Below are positions 1-8,912 of a stretch of DNA of 64,000 bases, one piece after another. The notes below the pieces were generated by a model. The model searched no databases and was not told the origin of the DNA. It worked only from the letters and a program-made list of their open reading frames with translations. Numbering within the stretch: position 1 is the first letter of the stretch; the number at the start of each line of letters is the position of its first letter. The position numbers and the translations under genes were made by a program. This stretch comes from a virus, in the IMG/VR virus record IMGVR_UViG_3300030106_006270, positions 31,891-95,890 of that record; one strand, written 5' to 3'.

Positions 1-80
1 CCCTTTAAGGCTTTCACTACTTTATCAAATAGTTTCTTATCTGCTTTCTTTTCAACTATCAAATCTTTTAATTTAATCAT
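1..80 (-). CDS. Partial small protein running off the left edge; putative virion-internal protein
   Basis: Manual translation from ATG at 80 gives MIKLKDLIVEKKADKKLFDKVVKALK..., with the same N-terminal motif as its neighbours. Confidence 0.6.
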   Translation of the reverse strand, partial: MIKLKDLIVEKKADKKLFDKVVKALK

Positions 81-309
81 TTCTCATACCCTTTATATCC
101 TGATAAGACTTACTCTTAGAAACCATTCTCCTTACCATCATAGATTGTTTTTCTAAAGTATTGGAAATTAGTCTTTCTTGTGGTGCATGTTTTTTAAACA
201 AATCAGATAAGTCTTCCAACGAGTCTACAGCAGATTGATATACATCTTCAATTGTATCAGACCTTTTTGATACATATCTTTCATTTAGTAATTCTTTCAA
301 CTTTATCAT
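73..309 (-). CDS. Hypothetical protein, putative head-internal protein (MIKLKELLNE N-terminus)
   Basis: ORF track; overlaps neighbouring genes; shared N-terminal motif. Confidence 0.6.
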   Translation of the reverse strand: MIKLKELLNERYVSKRSDTIEDVYQSAVDSLEDLSDLFKKHAPQERLISNTLEKQSMMVRRMVSKSKSYQDIKGMRND

Positions 310-608
310 TGTGATTTATCATCTAGTCCATCTTTTCCATCAAAGTAATTGTAAACACTTTGTAAGTAATCCATAGACTTAGTGAGTTTAGATTGAACCC
401 AAGCCGGCATTTGAACCTCACCGCCATCACCAACATTGTCAACTATTTTATAAATCATTTTTGCGTATTTCATAGAACGCTCTAACTGTGACTTTGCCAT
501 TTGCCCTTCATGGTCACTAGCCTCATTGACTTTGAACGGTGGTTTATCTTTATCAGTGTAGACTTTACCTAACTGTATATCTTTCAACATATCTGTGAGC
601 TTTACCAT
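306..608 (-). CDS. Conserved hypothetical phage protein (HEGQMAKSQL...PAWVQSKLT type), putative head-internal protein
   Basis: ORF track; probable start at MVKLTDML (608), coupled to the upstream stop. Confidence 0.6.
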   Translation of the reverse strand: MVKLTDMLKDIQLGKVYTDKDKPPFKVNEASDHEGQMAKSQLERSMKYAKMIYKIVDNVGDGGEVQMPAWVQSKLTKSMDYLQSVYNYFDGKDGLDDKSQ

Positions 609-2047
609 TTTCTGCAACTCCAATATCTAGCCTTATGTCTTGGTCCTGGATTATCACAGTTGTGTCTAGCTCTAAATGATTTACGAGCTTTAGGATTTGA
701 TTTCCTAATTCTCATCGTTCCGCCTTTAGCATCACCGCCTTGTCCAAAGTTTACTTTCACGACATTACCTTTTGGATTCTTTACATATACTTTGAACTTC
801 TTTGTGTCACCTTGCATTATCTTACCTAACTTTACTTTCCTACCTTGGTATTCTGCTTCATTGAGTTTTAGGTCTTTTATGTGTTCGAATGTGTAACCAT
901 GCCCTTCACCGTTTTGCTCATAATATATCTCAATAATTTCTTTGACACAATTCGGAACCATCTTACCACCTTTTTTCTTCATACCTAACTGTTGATATCC
1001 TACCCAACAGGTTCCTCTGGCTTCATTTACGGATTCAAATACAATGGGCAAATAAACAGATCGTTTACCTACTTTTGTTAAGATATGGTCTACACCCTTT
1101 ATGCGCTTTTTATCGTAATCTGGTCTTTTTTTGTATTGGGATTTTGTCATAACTACTCCACCTATCCCATACTTTTTTGTCTTATCTTTGGTTACTTTTA
1201 TTGGCTTACCTTTTCTGTTTTTTCCTATAACAATATAGTCATTTTTCTTTTCACTCAAAGATTCTTTTACCATATCAAAAGGAAATGATGGTGTCTGTGA
1301 CATCTTCAAACCTCTTCTCTTACGATAATAAGTTTTTCCTTTATCTGAATACCATATAACTTTTTTACCTTTATTAGAACCCGATACAAATCTTCCACTA
1401 ACTCTTAAATCGTTTTTACTTAGTATCACATACCTACCATATTTACCGAAATCAAGAGTTCCACTTTTCGGTACATCATTCCATTTCTTTATGGCTTCAT
1501 TTACGGATTCCATTTTAGCAGATAAAGCAGATATAATTTCAGCTTTTTTAGAATTTGATGCGTTCTTATACATCTTATTTACTTTGTTGTAAAGTTTTTC
1601 AACATCACTTTTCGCATCTTGTGGATTGTTGCCTCTTTTGATTAGAAGTTTTAGAACCTTTGCCTTATCTTCATTTATAGATTCTTCTCTGTTCTTCTTA
1701 ATACTTTTCTTTAAGTCTTTTGGTAAGGCTTTCAAATCATCCAAACCTTCTTTCTTAGATTTGTTTCCCCAATTTTTTGCACCAACTTTTCTACACTTTA
1801 CCAAAGCACCACTGGCATAAGCTGATGGCCAGACATCGTAACGAGCTTTCACTTTATGATAGCAAGCATCTTTCTTACCTGCAGCTTCATCGAACTGTTC
1901 TTCTGTAAGTCTTTTACCAACTAACTCTTCTAACTTTGAACTCATTACGTTCTCCTTCTTCTTTCTTCCAGCACAATGTGCTTTTTGACTAAATCCTTTT
2001 GGGTTATTACAATCGATACTTCGTTTGTACTTCTTACTCCAACCCAT
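602..2047 (-). CDS. Modular Lys-rich protein with several Cys-containing modules separated by ESVNE/ESINE linkers; C-terminal DUF6321-like domain
   Basis: Modules IDCNNPKGFSQKAHC, DACYHKVKARYDVWPSAYASG, CWVGYQQLG and VKVNFG...SFRARHNC...YWSCRKW; repeated ESxNE. Confidence 0.6.
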   Translation of the reverse strand: MGWSKKYKRSIDCNNPKGFSQKAHCAGRKKKENVMSSKLEELVGKRLTEEQFDEAAGKKDACYHKVKARYDVWPSAYASGALVKCRKVGAKNWGNKSKKEGLDDLKALPKDLKKSIKKNREESINEDKAKVLKLLIKRGNNPQDAKSDVEKLYNKVNKMYKNASNSKKAEIISALSAKMESVNEAIKKWNDVPKSGTLDFGKYGRYVILSKNDLRVSGRFVSGSNKGKKVIWYSDKGKTYYRKRRGLKMSQTPSFPFDMVKESLSEKKNDYIVIGKNRKGKPIKVTKDKTKKYGIGGVVMTKSQYKKRPDYDKKRIKGVDHILTKVGKRSVYLPIVFESVNEARGTCWVGYQQLGMKKKGGKMVPNCVKEIIEIYYEQNGEGHGYTFEHIKDLKLNEAEYQGRKVKLGKIMQGDTKKFKVYVKNPKGNVVKVNFGQGGDAKGGTMRIRKSNPKARKSFRARHNCDNPGPRHKARYWSCRKW

Positions 2048-2628
2048 TACTTTTTAGGTTTAGTAGAAACTCTTATTGGGGCTTTACCTTGTCCTGCAGA
2101 TTGTTTACCCCCTCTACCAGCTTTATTCTGTGCTGCTCTCTTTCTACGAGTAGCACTTGCCTTCTGTTTCTTTGTCATACGAGCAGCTTTACTTGCTGGT
2201 ACACATTTTGCATATCCTCTCTTCTTACCGCTCGTACCACACGGTGGATGTCCACCACCTTTCTTTTTCTTTCCAATATTAACCCATCTATCTTTGAACC
2301 ACTTTCTTAAATTTTCATTTGCAAAATCACCACAATTCTCACATATGTTATCCATAATTTTGCCAGCTTGTTCCAAAGTCATTGTAGTATCGACTCCTTC
2401 TTTCTTTACACAATTCCTATATCTCTTACCGAACATAATCTTTGTCTTACGAGTAGGATGTGTCATATATCCTTTTTGACAAGCTTCGTCTAAATCAAAT
2501 TTTTTCTTAGATTTCAACAACTCCTTTTTCTTCTTCATAAGATTAGGACCTGCTGGCTCTTCACCTAGCTTACCATCTATACCATACCCACAGGTTCCCT
2601 CTTTTAATATTTCGTATAATACTTTCAT
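2047..2628 (-). CDS. Basic Cys-containing phage protein (LRKWFKDRWVNI...KCVP, DUF5872-like)
   Basis: ORF track; motif typical of large T4-like phages. Confidence 0.55.
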   Translation of the reverse strand: MKVLYEILKEGTCGYGIDGKLGEEPAGPNLMKKKKELLKSKKKFDLDEACQKGYMTHPTRKTKIMFGKRYRNCVKKEGVDTTMTLEQAGKIMDNICENCGDFANENLRKWFKDRWVNIGKKKKGGGHPPCGTSGKKRGYAKCVPASKAARMTKKQKASATRRKRAAQNKAGRGGKQSAGQGKAPIRVSTKPKK

Positions 2629-2631
2629 CTT

Positions 2632-3288
2632 TTATTTTGCAAGTTGTTTAGCCATATTTTGAAATTTAACTTTGAATTCGATTATATGTTTTTTGAATAA
2701 AGAAGCTAATTGTAATGATTCTTTTTTCAATCCATCTTTACCCAAATCCACAATCATCTGTTTTACATTTTTTTCCAATCTATCAGTATTATCATTTACA
2801 TTTGATACATATCCTCTGAAATATCTTGGTATTTGTTCATTTACAGATTCAGGTATATTAGTTTTCATAATCTTCGCTATCTTCTTAGCAGCTTCAGGTG
2901 TAAGTTTTAAGAAATTAGTCTTACCTTTACTACTTTTAATCTGTAATGTTAAATCCTCACCTTTTAATTGATTCATAATTTGTTTTTCTTCGTATGAACC
3001 CTCATTTACAGATTCGTTCAAATCCTTTAACATATACTTTAATTGTAATTGCATATAACTTGCAACCTCAAGAAAATCTTCTTCATTTTGTACCCGATGA
3101 TATTTCTGTAGATTTTTTACTTCTCTAGCAAGAATCGAAATATACTTTTTAGACATATTCCAACCCTTTGGAGATACAGCTTCATCAACTTCTGTTTCTA
3201 AGTAAGACTGATACTTCTTCTTTCTACGCAAAAGGTCTATTTTGTTTATTTCTTGTAATGCTTTTGATTCTTTAATTACTTTCTTCAT
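2632..3288 (-). CDS. Hypothetical modular protein with ESVNE linkers
   Basis: Contains NESVNEG and PESVNEQ. Confidence 0.55.
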   Translation of the reverse strand: MKKVIKESKALQEINKIDLLRRKKKYQSYLETEVDEAVSPKGWNMSKKYISILAREVKNLQKYHRVQNEEDFLEVASYMQLQLKYMLKDLNESVNEGSYEEKQIMNQLKGEDLTLQIKSSKGKTNFLKLTPEAAKKIAKIMKTNIPESVNEQIPRYFRGYVSNVNDNTDRLEKNVKQMIVDLGKDGLKKESLQLASLFKKHIIEFKVKFQNMAKQLAK

Positions 3289-3298
3289 AGTATATTCC

Positions 3299-3586
3299 TT
3301 AGTATGCCTGATATATATCTTGGTAATTACTGTACTTTCTTTCCGCTGCAGTCATCAACATCTTATCTAATTTTTGTCTAGCTGCCATCATTTCATTCAT
3401 TTGTCTAAACATATCGTGTAAAACCATAATAGCTTCATACCCCTTTACCAAATTTTTTAAACCCATTTGTTTAGCTAAGACTAATCTGGCTTCATTATGA
3501 TTATTGTAATCAGTAAGTTTGGCAATTTTATCCACCACATTTTGTGGTAACTCTTGTTTTTCTAATAGTAAACTTTTTAACTTCAA
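3299..3586 (-). CDS. Hypothetical protein (MKLKSLLLE N-terminus)
   Basis: ORF track; in operon context. Confidence 0.55.
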   Translation of the reverse strand: MKLKSLLLEKQELPQNVVDKIAKLTDYNNHNEARLVLAKQMGLKNLVKGYEAIMVLHDMFRQMNEMMAARQKLDKMLMTAAERKYSNYQDIYQAY

Positions 3587-3588
3587 AA

Positions 3589-3891
3589 TCAGTCTCCTTT
3601 CTTTTTGGAATGTCTAAACCAAAAATCAATTGTTTTACCAAAGGTGGCTATGAACGTACCTAAGATAATATTTAATAAATCTCTATGGTTTGGGTCTAAC
3701 TCTAATACTGGATGAAACAGTAAATATAGCACCCAATACAACACAACAAACATACCAAGTGTAATAGTAAATTGCATCCAATCTGGCAAACCATCCCCAC
3801 CTAAATATAAATCAGGACCAGTAGGTAGTTCCTTTGGTTTACTCTTTACATTTCGTCTTTCGACTCCATCCCACTTTTTACTTTCTGCCAT
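3589..3891 (-). CDS. Two-TM membrane protein, holin-like topology
   Basis: Two hydrophobic segments and a basic C-terminus (FWFRHSKKKGD). Confidence 0.45.
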   Translation of the reverse strand: MAESKKWDGVERRNVKSKPKELPTGPDLYLGGDGLPDWMQFTITLGMFVVLYWVLYLLFHPVLELDPNHRDLLNIILGTFIATFGKTIDFWFRHSKKKGD

Positions 3892-3899
3892 AATAACAC

Positions 3900-4106
3900 C
3901 TATCCTGTTTTAGATAAACCCACCATCATATCTTGAATATCACCAAACTGACTCAAACTAGGTGAGTTTGTTCTTGAAGTATACTGACTTCCTCTGTTCG
4001 GAGATACTCTTTGTATACCAACCGCGCCTCTTTCTCGAGCACCAGCAGGCGCAGACCTACTTGGTTTCTTTCTATTACTAACAGCATATCTGTTTAACAA
4101 ACTCAT
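3900..4106 (-). CDS. Small basic hypothetical protein
   Basis: GAGGAG RBS upstream; preceded by a TATTTATA motif. Confidence 0.5.
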   Translation of the reverse strand: MSLLNRYAVSNRKKPSRSAPAGARERGAVGIQRVSPNRGSQYTSRTNSPSLSQFGDIQDMMVGLSKTG

Positions 4107-4153
4107 ATCATATTCTCCTCAGATATAAATATATAATATTCAAAAATATCTTT

Positions 4154-4528
4154 CTAATAAGAATCACTTGCTAAAGCATCTTCTATCGCACTTTTTATAT
4201 CATCAGCAGAACAATCTATTTCACCATCCATATCCGCCTTCCAAGTATCAACTTTATCTCCATTATGAAATAAAGCAATAGATGGATAATTTCTTACTCT
4301 TAATTTTTTACAAACCTTTTTCAAATCAGCAGATTTAACTGTTACTATTTGGGCATCCTCAAATCCATTTACTCCTTTTAGTATTGAATCATCTAAATCC
4401 CTTTCCTGCCATTCAGAGGTAAATACAACCACATAAAATCCATCACCTATCTCACTTTTAAAATTTTTGTCATTTATCTGTGCAGTTGTAATTGTTAATA
4501 AAAGTAAAGATAAAAATAATTTTTTCAT
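4154..4528 (-). CDS. Secreted thioredoxin-fold protein lacking CxxC
   Basis: Signal peptide MKKLFLSLLLLTITTA; INDKNF, VVVFTSEW and VRNYPSIALF thioredoxin pattern; AGGAG RBS before the ATG at 4528. Confidence 0.65.
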   Translation of the reverse strand: MKKLFLSLLLLTITTAQINDKNFKSEIGDGFYVVVFTSEWQERDLDDSILKGVNGFEDAQIVTVKSADLKKVCKKLRVRNYPSIALFHNGDKVDTWKADMDGEIDCSADDIKSAIEDALASDSY

Positions 4529-4538
4529 AACAAAGCTC

Positions 4539-5141
4539 CTACTTATCCCTTTTTCTACGTTCAAGGTCTTTAATATCTTTCTGTAATTCTTTTATGGTTT
4601 CTTCTAATTCATCCACCATATCTAAAACATCATCCATATCCTTTTGAAGACCACCAACTTGAGTTTTATATTGTTCAAAAGATCTTGGCCAATTATGCCC
4701 CTCAGGTTTAGATGGATACTCTGCTTCGTACAAACTCTCTAAACTTGGAAGTTGTTTTGCTTCCTCAATTTCTCCTTGTAATGTATACCACATACCAATT
4801 AAAGAAGCAAGACCAGTTCCTGCGGCTACCATAGTCTGTACTGATAAAGTAAATTTGGTATCTAATACTTTATCTTCACTCAATTCAATTGGCTCTTTTT
4901 TCTTAGATTTATTTTTCTCAACCTTCTCCTTAATTTCGTCTTGTTTTTCCTCATGTCCATTTCCGTGTTCTAATATAACATCAGTTATATCTTCAAGACT
5001 ACAAAAGCCTTTGTCTACAAGTATTTCGCCAATAGTTCTCTTGTCACCTTTTACCTGAGCCTGTAAGACTTGATTGAGTTGTCTTCTAGTGATGATATCT
5101 TCATCACAAAGTAATCTTCCTATTTTGACATCACCGTTCAT
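4539..5141 (-). CDS. MshEN/GspE-N-like domain + TM + coiled-coil protein
   Basis: Tandem KIGRLLCDEDIITRRQLNQVLQAQ / RTIGEILVDKGFCS motif; central TM; heptad C-terminus. Confidence 0.6.
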   Translation of the reverse strand: MNGDVKIGRLLCDEDIITRRQLNQVLQAQVKGDKRTIGEILVDKGFCSLEDITDVILEHGNGHEEKQDEIKEKVEKNKSKKKEPIELSEDKVLDTKFTLSVQTMVAAGTGLASLIGMWYTLQGEIEEAKQLPSLESLYEAEYPSKPEGHNWPRSFEQYKTQVGGLQKDMDDVLDMVDELEETIKELQKDIKDLERRKRDK

Positions 5142-5147
5142 CTTTTA

Positions 5148-6437
5148 TTACCACCCTACAAATTGATAATTCAAACCTACTTTGAAATCATAAGCTGGTC
5201 TTTCCCAATAGTTCAGATACTTACCTTCAGCAAACACACCTAAATTATCTTGTATCTTTACACCAAAAATTGCACCTACATCATAATCGTTCCAACTATG
5301 CCACATCGGGTCTTTAAATTCAAACTCATGTGGTTTGCCACCATCATCTTTATGCATCTGATAATGTGAGGCGTTGTGATATGCATGTGAGTCATGACCA
5401 TAGTGATATGGTAGCCAGTTACCCCAAGAATGTAACCACCAATTTTCTGAATGATGGTAGTAGTCTAATCCTAAAACAATACTTGTTTCTTTCATAAATC
5501 CTAAATCTCTTTTGACATCCTCTATATAATCTTCTAACATACCTGGAAAGTGATACAAGAAATACTCTCTATCTGTATATGCAAAAATCCTTCCATTCTC
5601 ATCTCTCCATAACCAATCGACACCAACGAATCTTCCGTCATCATTCCAAAAAGGCCCTCCACCTTCAATCTCTCTAAGTTCACCAGTTTCAGGATCTATC
5701 TCATACAGCTGAATATCCTGATCACCATTTAGATGATAATCTTCTGTGAACCAGGCATTATCGTCAATACCAAAAGCCCTTTCGGCAAACTTCCACCATT
5801 GTCCTCTATACCAAGTGGTATCTAGTATCATAGCATCAAAACCATAAACAGGATGTTGTCTATGTTTTGCACCAACGCTCACAGTTAGTTTGTTATCTAA
5901 AAATTCAGGTGACCATTTGATTCTTAAATCACCTTCACCATATTGAATTTCCTCTAATCCAAGTTCAGTCCAACCTATTTTGACCATCCACCAATTAGCT
6001 GTGTACCTTAGCCAATATTCTTGATTGAGATAATCGTCACCCCATTGACGACCTTCTGAAAATTTAATCAAATATTCCCAACCTTCAACAGGTCCAAAAG
6101 TCGCGCTTTCGTTAGCATTTTGTTCTGAACCATCATACCAAGTTCCACCTTTACCAGCATTTTTAACACCTCTTTTTGGTTCATATTTAAATCTTCCAAT
6201 CTTTCTTAAACCAAAAGATTTTTGAAAATCAGGCTTCAGTTCTCTTTTATCTCTATCAACTACTAATTGTCCTGTGCTCAATCCACCAACAATACTGAAT
6301 CTATCATCTTGATATCGTGGTGCGTTAAGACTGAAGCTAGCATAAGCAGTTGAATATTTAAAAAATTTCCAAAGTTCAGTTTCACCAAACAAAGATGAGA
6401 CCGATAGTAGGCCTATTACAATAAGCTTCTTTAACAT
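5148..6437 (-). CDS. Putative outer-membrane beta-barrel protein
   Basis: Signal peptide; aromatic-rich amphipathic strands; C-terminal FKVGLNYQFVGW beta-signal-like end. Confidence 0.6.
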   Translation of the reverse strand: MLKKLIVIGLLSVSSLFGETELWKFFKYSTAYASFSLNAPRYQDDRFSIVGGLSTGQLVVDRDKRELKPDFQKSFGLRKIGRFKYEPKRGVKNAGKGGTWYDGSEQNANESATFGPVEGWEYLIKFSEGRQWGDDYLNQEYWLRYTANWWMVKIGWTELGLEEIQYGEGDLRIKWSPEFLDNKLTVSVGAKHRQHPVYGFDAMILDTTWYRGQWWKFAERAFGIDDNAWFTEDYHLNGDQDIQLYEIDPETGELREIEGGGPFWNDDGRFVGVDWLWRDENGRIFAYTDREYFLYHFPGMLEDYIEDVKRDLGFMKETSIVLGLDYYHHSENWWLHSWGNWLPYHYGHDSHAYHNASHYQMHKDDGGKPHEFEFKDPMWHSWNDYDVGAIFGVKIQDNLGVFAEGKYLNYWERPAYDFKVGLNYQFVGW

Positions 6438-6456
6438 CTGTTTTTCTCCTAATTAA

Positions 6457-6501
6457 TTATTTACAACAACAATCGCAATTACAATTTTCACATGTACACA
6501 T
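6457..6501 (-). CDS. 14-aa Cys-rich micropeptide MCTCENCNCDCCCK (metallothionein-like or leader peptide)
   Basis: Manual translation; AGGAG RBS just upstream of the ATG; fills the intergenic gap; 7 of 14 residues are Cys. Confidence 0.6.
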   Translation of the reverse strand: MCTCENCNCDCCCK

Positions 6502-6510
6502 TTTTTTCTC

Positions 6511-6801
6511 CTACCAAACCATCCAAGCAGCAGCCCCAACTTCTACTATAATGTCAGCAGCTGTGTTGTATGCCCATTTCTTTTTACTACCATAGACTCT
6601 CCAATCCTCTATGATATATTCAAATATTTCCCACGCAATTCCAATTATAAGCACCCATAAAACTGCCCATAAATCAGAAGAACCCAACCATTGGGCTATC
6701 TTCGCAATAGCTAAACCGGCTGCTATGTGATAAGATGTCCAATGGTCAAGTTGTCCAGTTGAAAGTTGCCAATTTACAAATTTTGAAATTGGACTATTCA
6801 T
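6511..6801 (-). CDS. Small integral membrane protein (DHWTSYH...WEIFE...NTAADI; putative membrane metal-dependent hydrolase-like)
   Basis: Three TM segments with conserved-looking D/H/E residues. Confidence 0.5.
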   Translation of the reverse strand: MNSPISKFVNWQLSTGQLDHWTSYHIAAGLAIAKIAQWLGSSDLWAVLWVLIIGIAWEIFEYIIEDWRVYGSKKKWAYNTAADIIVEVGAAAWMVW

Positions 6802-6996
6802 TTACTTACTACCAAAGATTTTTGAGAAGAAACCTTTTTTCTTCTTATTACTTTTTTTCATTTTCTTCTTTTTGATTTTTTTCTTCTTTTTGATTTCTTC
6901 CATACCTGCCATATTGCTCATATCCATAGCATTAATAGTCGGTGCTGCACCAAAAAGAATTACAGCAGAAAGAAGTAATTTAAGTATGTTTTTCAT
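6802..6996 (-). CDS. Secreted polylysine-tailed peptide
   Basis: GGAGG RBS; signal peptide MKNILKLLLSAVILFGA; long Lys run ending GFFSKIFGSK. Confidence 0.55.
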   Translation of the reverse strand: MKNILKLLLSAVILFGAAPTINAMDMSNMAGMEEIKKKKKIKKKKMKKSNKKKKGFFSKIFGSK

Positions 6997-7047
6997 TCTG
7001 TATTCCTCCAGAGTTTTATTCAATAATAAATATAAGATACCAAAATT

Positions 7048-7296
7048 TTAATTATATTCAGGAGTCATTATAAAGTCTTCAGGACAAATCATAAACTTTA
7101 ATATCCACTTTTTATCATCGCCCTCATCCCACTCCTCATAGCCTGATAGGATGCAGGTATCAGTTTGCATTCTTTTAACAACTTTGTCCATTTGCTCTTC
7201 GGTGTTACAGATGACATTTATCTCATCACCATTAGTTTTAACCATAACTAAGTTGTCAGCACTATTGTAAACAGCATCAGATTTTAGTTTACCCAT
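7048..7296 (-). CDS. Hypothetical protein
   Basis: ORF track; likely start MGKLKSD. Confidence 0.5.
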   Translation of the reverse strand: MGKLKSDAVYNSADNLVMVKTNGDEINVICNTEEQMDKVVKRMQTDTCILSGYEEWDEGDDKKWILKFMICPEDFIMTPEYN

Positions 7297-7513
7297 CTCG
7301 CTCTCCATATAAATCCCAAGTCTTAGGTGGTGGCTTAGGTGCTTCTTTACCATCATCAATAACGATTTCACCAACCGATGCATCTACTTCAAATTTAGAA
7401 ACCCCCTCATTTAAAAATATTTGGTTTAGACATTCTGTAAGCGATTCGTATATATCATTATTTATTTGCCACCTATCACCTGGCGGAACTCTTTTAGCAT
7501 ATGTGACTTTCAT
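7289..7513 (-). CDS. Hypothetical protein
   Basis: ORF track; coupled to phoH. Confidence 0.5.
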   Translation of the reverse strand: MKVTYAKRVPPGDRWQINNDIYESLTECLNQIFLNEGVSKFEVDASVGEIVIDDGKEAPKPPPKTWDLYGERDG

Positions 7514-7514
7514 G

Positions 7515-8354
7515 TTAGTTCCTTATTTTATAAAAGTAATTATTACTTATAGTTGATTCATCATATGTTTGCTTTTCTATCCACATAGATAAAGTTTCTT
7601 CAGCAGACTCTGCTCCTAACTCATATCCATCTTGATATCGTACAAGTAATTGAGCAACGATAGGATGTCTCACAACATCACTTAAATCAAATTGACTAAA
7701 CCCAACCCTACGAATACCTGTAAACCTTTTTATAGCGTCTTCTAATCCATTTGACTTTCTTATATCAGATTGCATCAAGTCTCCACAAACTATGTATTTA
7801 CTACCACTACCTATACGAGTTATAAAAGTCTTTATCTGAGCAGGTGTGGCATTCTGAGCCTCATCTAATATAACTATACTATCTGTTAAAGTTAATCCTC
7901 TCATATAAGCTAATGGAATAACCTGAATAGCACCAGCTTTCTTTAACACTTCTAATCTTTGTTTACCAATTATCTGTTCCATATTGTAATATAAAGACAT
8001 CATATACGGCATTGTTTTTTCGTCAATGTCGCCTGGCAAATATCCCATCTTTTCACCATCCACTTCTACTAATGGTTTTGTGATTACCATCTTATCGTAT
8101 TTACCTTTGGCTAGGTTTTTAAGAGCATAGTGCGTAGCTAAAAATGTCTTACCACATCCAGCAGGTCCTACAGAAAAGGTTACATCATTTCTACTAATGA
8201 TATTGTAAAATGTTTTCTGATTTGGTGTTCTGAACTCTAAGGATTTCCAATCTATTCTTTTGATTTGTGATAAGGCTTGTCTTTTGTTCTCACAGGTTTG
8301 GTCGGACTTAATTCGGGTAACTGTTTTTACTTTATTTCTATCAGACATGATCAT
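7515..8354 (-). CDS. phoH: PhoH-family ATPase
   Basis: GPAGCGKT Walker A; GYLPGDIDEK; AYMRGLTL; ILDEAQN; GDLMQSD; DVVRHPIV. Confidence 0.95.
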   Translation of the reverse strand: MIMSDRNKVKTVTRIKSDQTCENKRQALSQIKRIDWKSLEFRTPNQKTFYNIISRNDVTFSVGPAGCGKTFLATHYALKNLAKGKYDKMVITKPLVEVDGEKMGYLPGDIDEKTMPYMMSLYYNMEQIIGKQRLEVLKKAGAIQVIPLAYMRGLTLTDSIVILDEAQNATPAQIKTFITRIGSGSKYIVCGDLMQSDIRKSNGLEDAIKRFTGIRRVGFSQFDLSDVVRHPIVAQLLVRYQDGYELGAESAEETLSMWIEKQTYDESTISNNYFYKIRN

Positions 8355-8410
8355 CTTCTCCTTTATTTTTAGAAGGTTGTTCCTTTCTGATAATAAATAT
8401 AATATATAAA

Positions 8411-8686
8411 CTATTCTATTAATTCATTTTTGTTTAAAATTTCGATTAATTGACTGAGTAATATATTATATTCTGGATATTTAGACATAACTTTTAATAA
8501 ATTATTCAGATATTCAGGCGGCATAGTTTCTAACTCATATTCACCTATTATTATTGCCTGTTCTATAAAAGTTTGTATCGCAACTTTTAGGTCTTTAGGA
8601 ACTCCATCTATTACTTTAAGATTTTTGATTCTTTGTATATCTCTTTTTAAATCCTCAGGTAACATTTTTAGACTCCAATATTTCAC
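8411..8686 (-). CDS. Hypothetical protein
   Basis: ORF track. Confidence 0.5.
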   Translation of the reverse strand: MKYWSLKMLPEDLKRDIQRIKNLKVIDGVPKDLKVAIQTFIEQAIIIGEYELETMPPEYLNNLLKVMSKYPEYNILLSQLIEILNKNELIE

Positions 8687-8912
8687 CTAATTGAATGGCA
8701 TACTTACCATTATCAATATCAATACCTTTATATTCAACAACCATTTCAGGTGCTACCTTAGCGTATCCATTACGAAATTTTATCACATCGTAATATCTAC
8801 CCTCTAGTCTTTTAGACCAATATGGCGTGATATCTCTGTATTCAATTGTCTTAGTTCCTTTAAGAATTGCATCGAAATACTTTCGATATAAATTAAGATG
8901 TAAAACCCTCAT
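8655..8912 (-). CDS. ASCH (PUA-like) domain protein
   Basis: FDAILKGTKTIEYR matches the GxKxxExR ASCH signature. Confidence 0.85.
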   Translation of the reverse strand: MRVLHLNLYRKYFDAILKGTKTIEYRDITPYWSKRLEGRYYDVIKFRNGYAKVAPEMVVEYKGIDIDNGKYAIQLGEILESKNVT

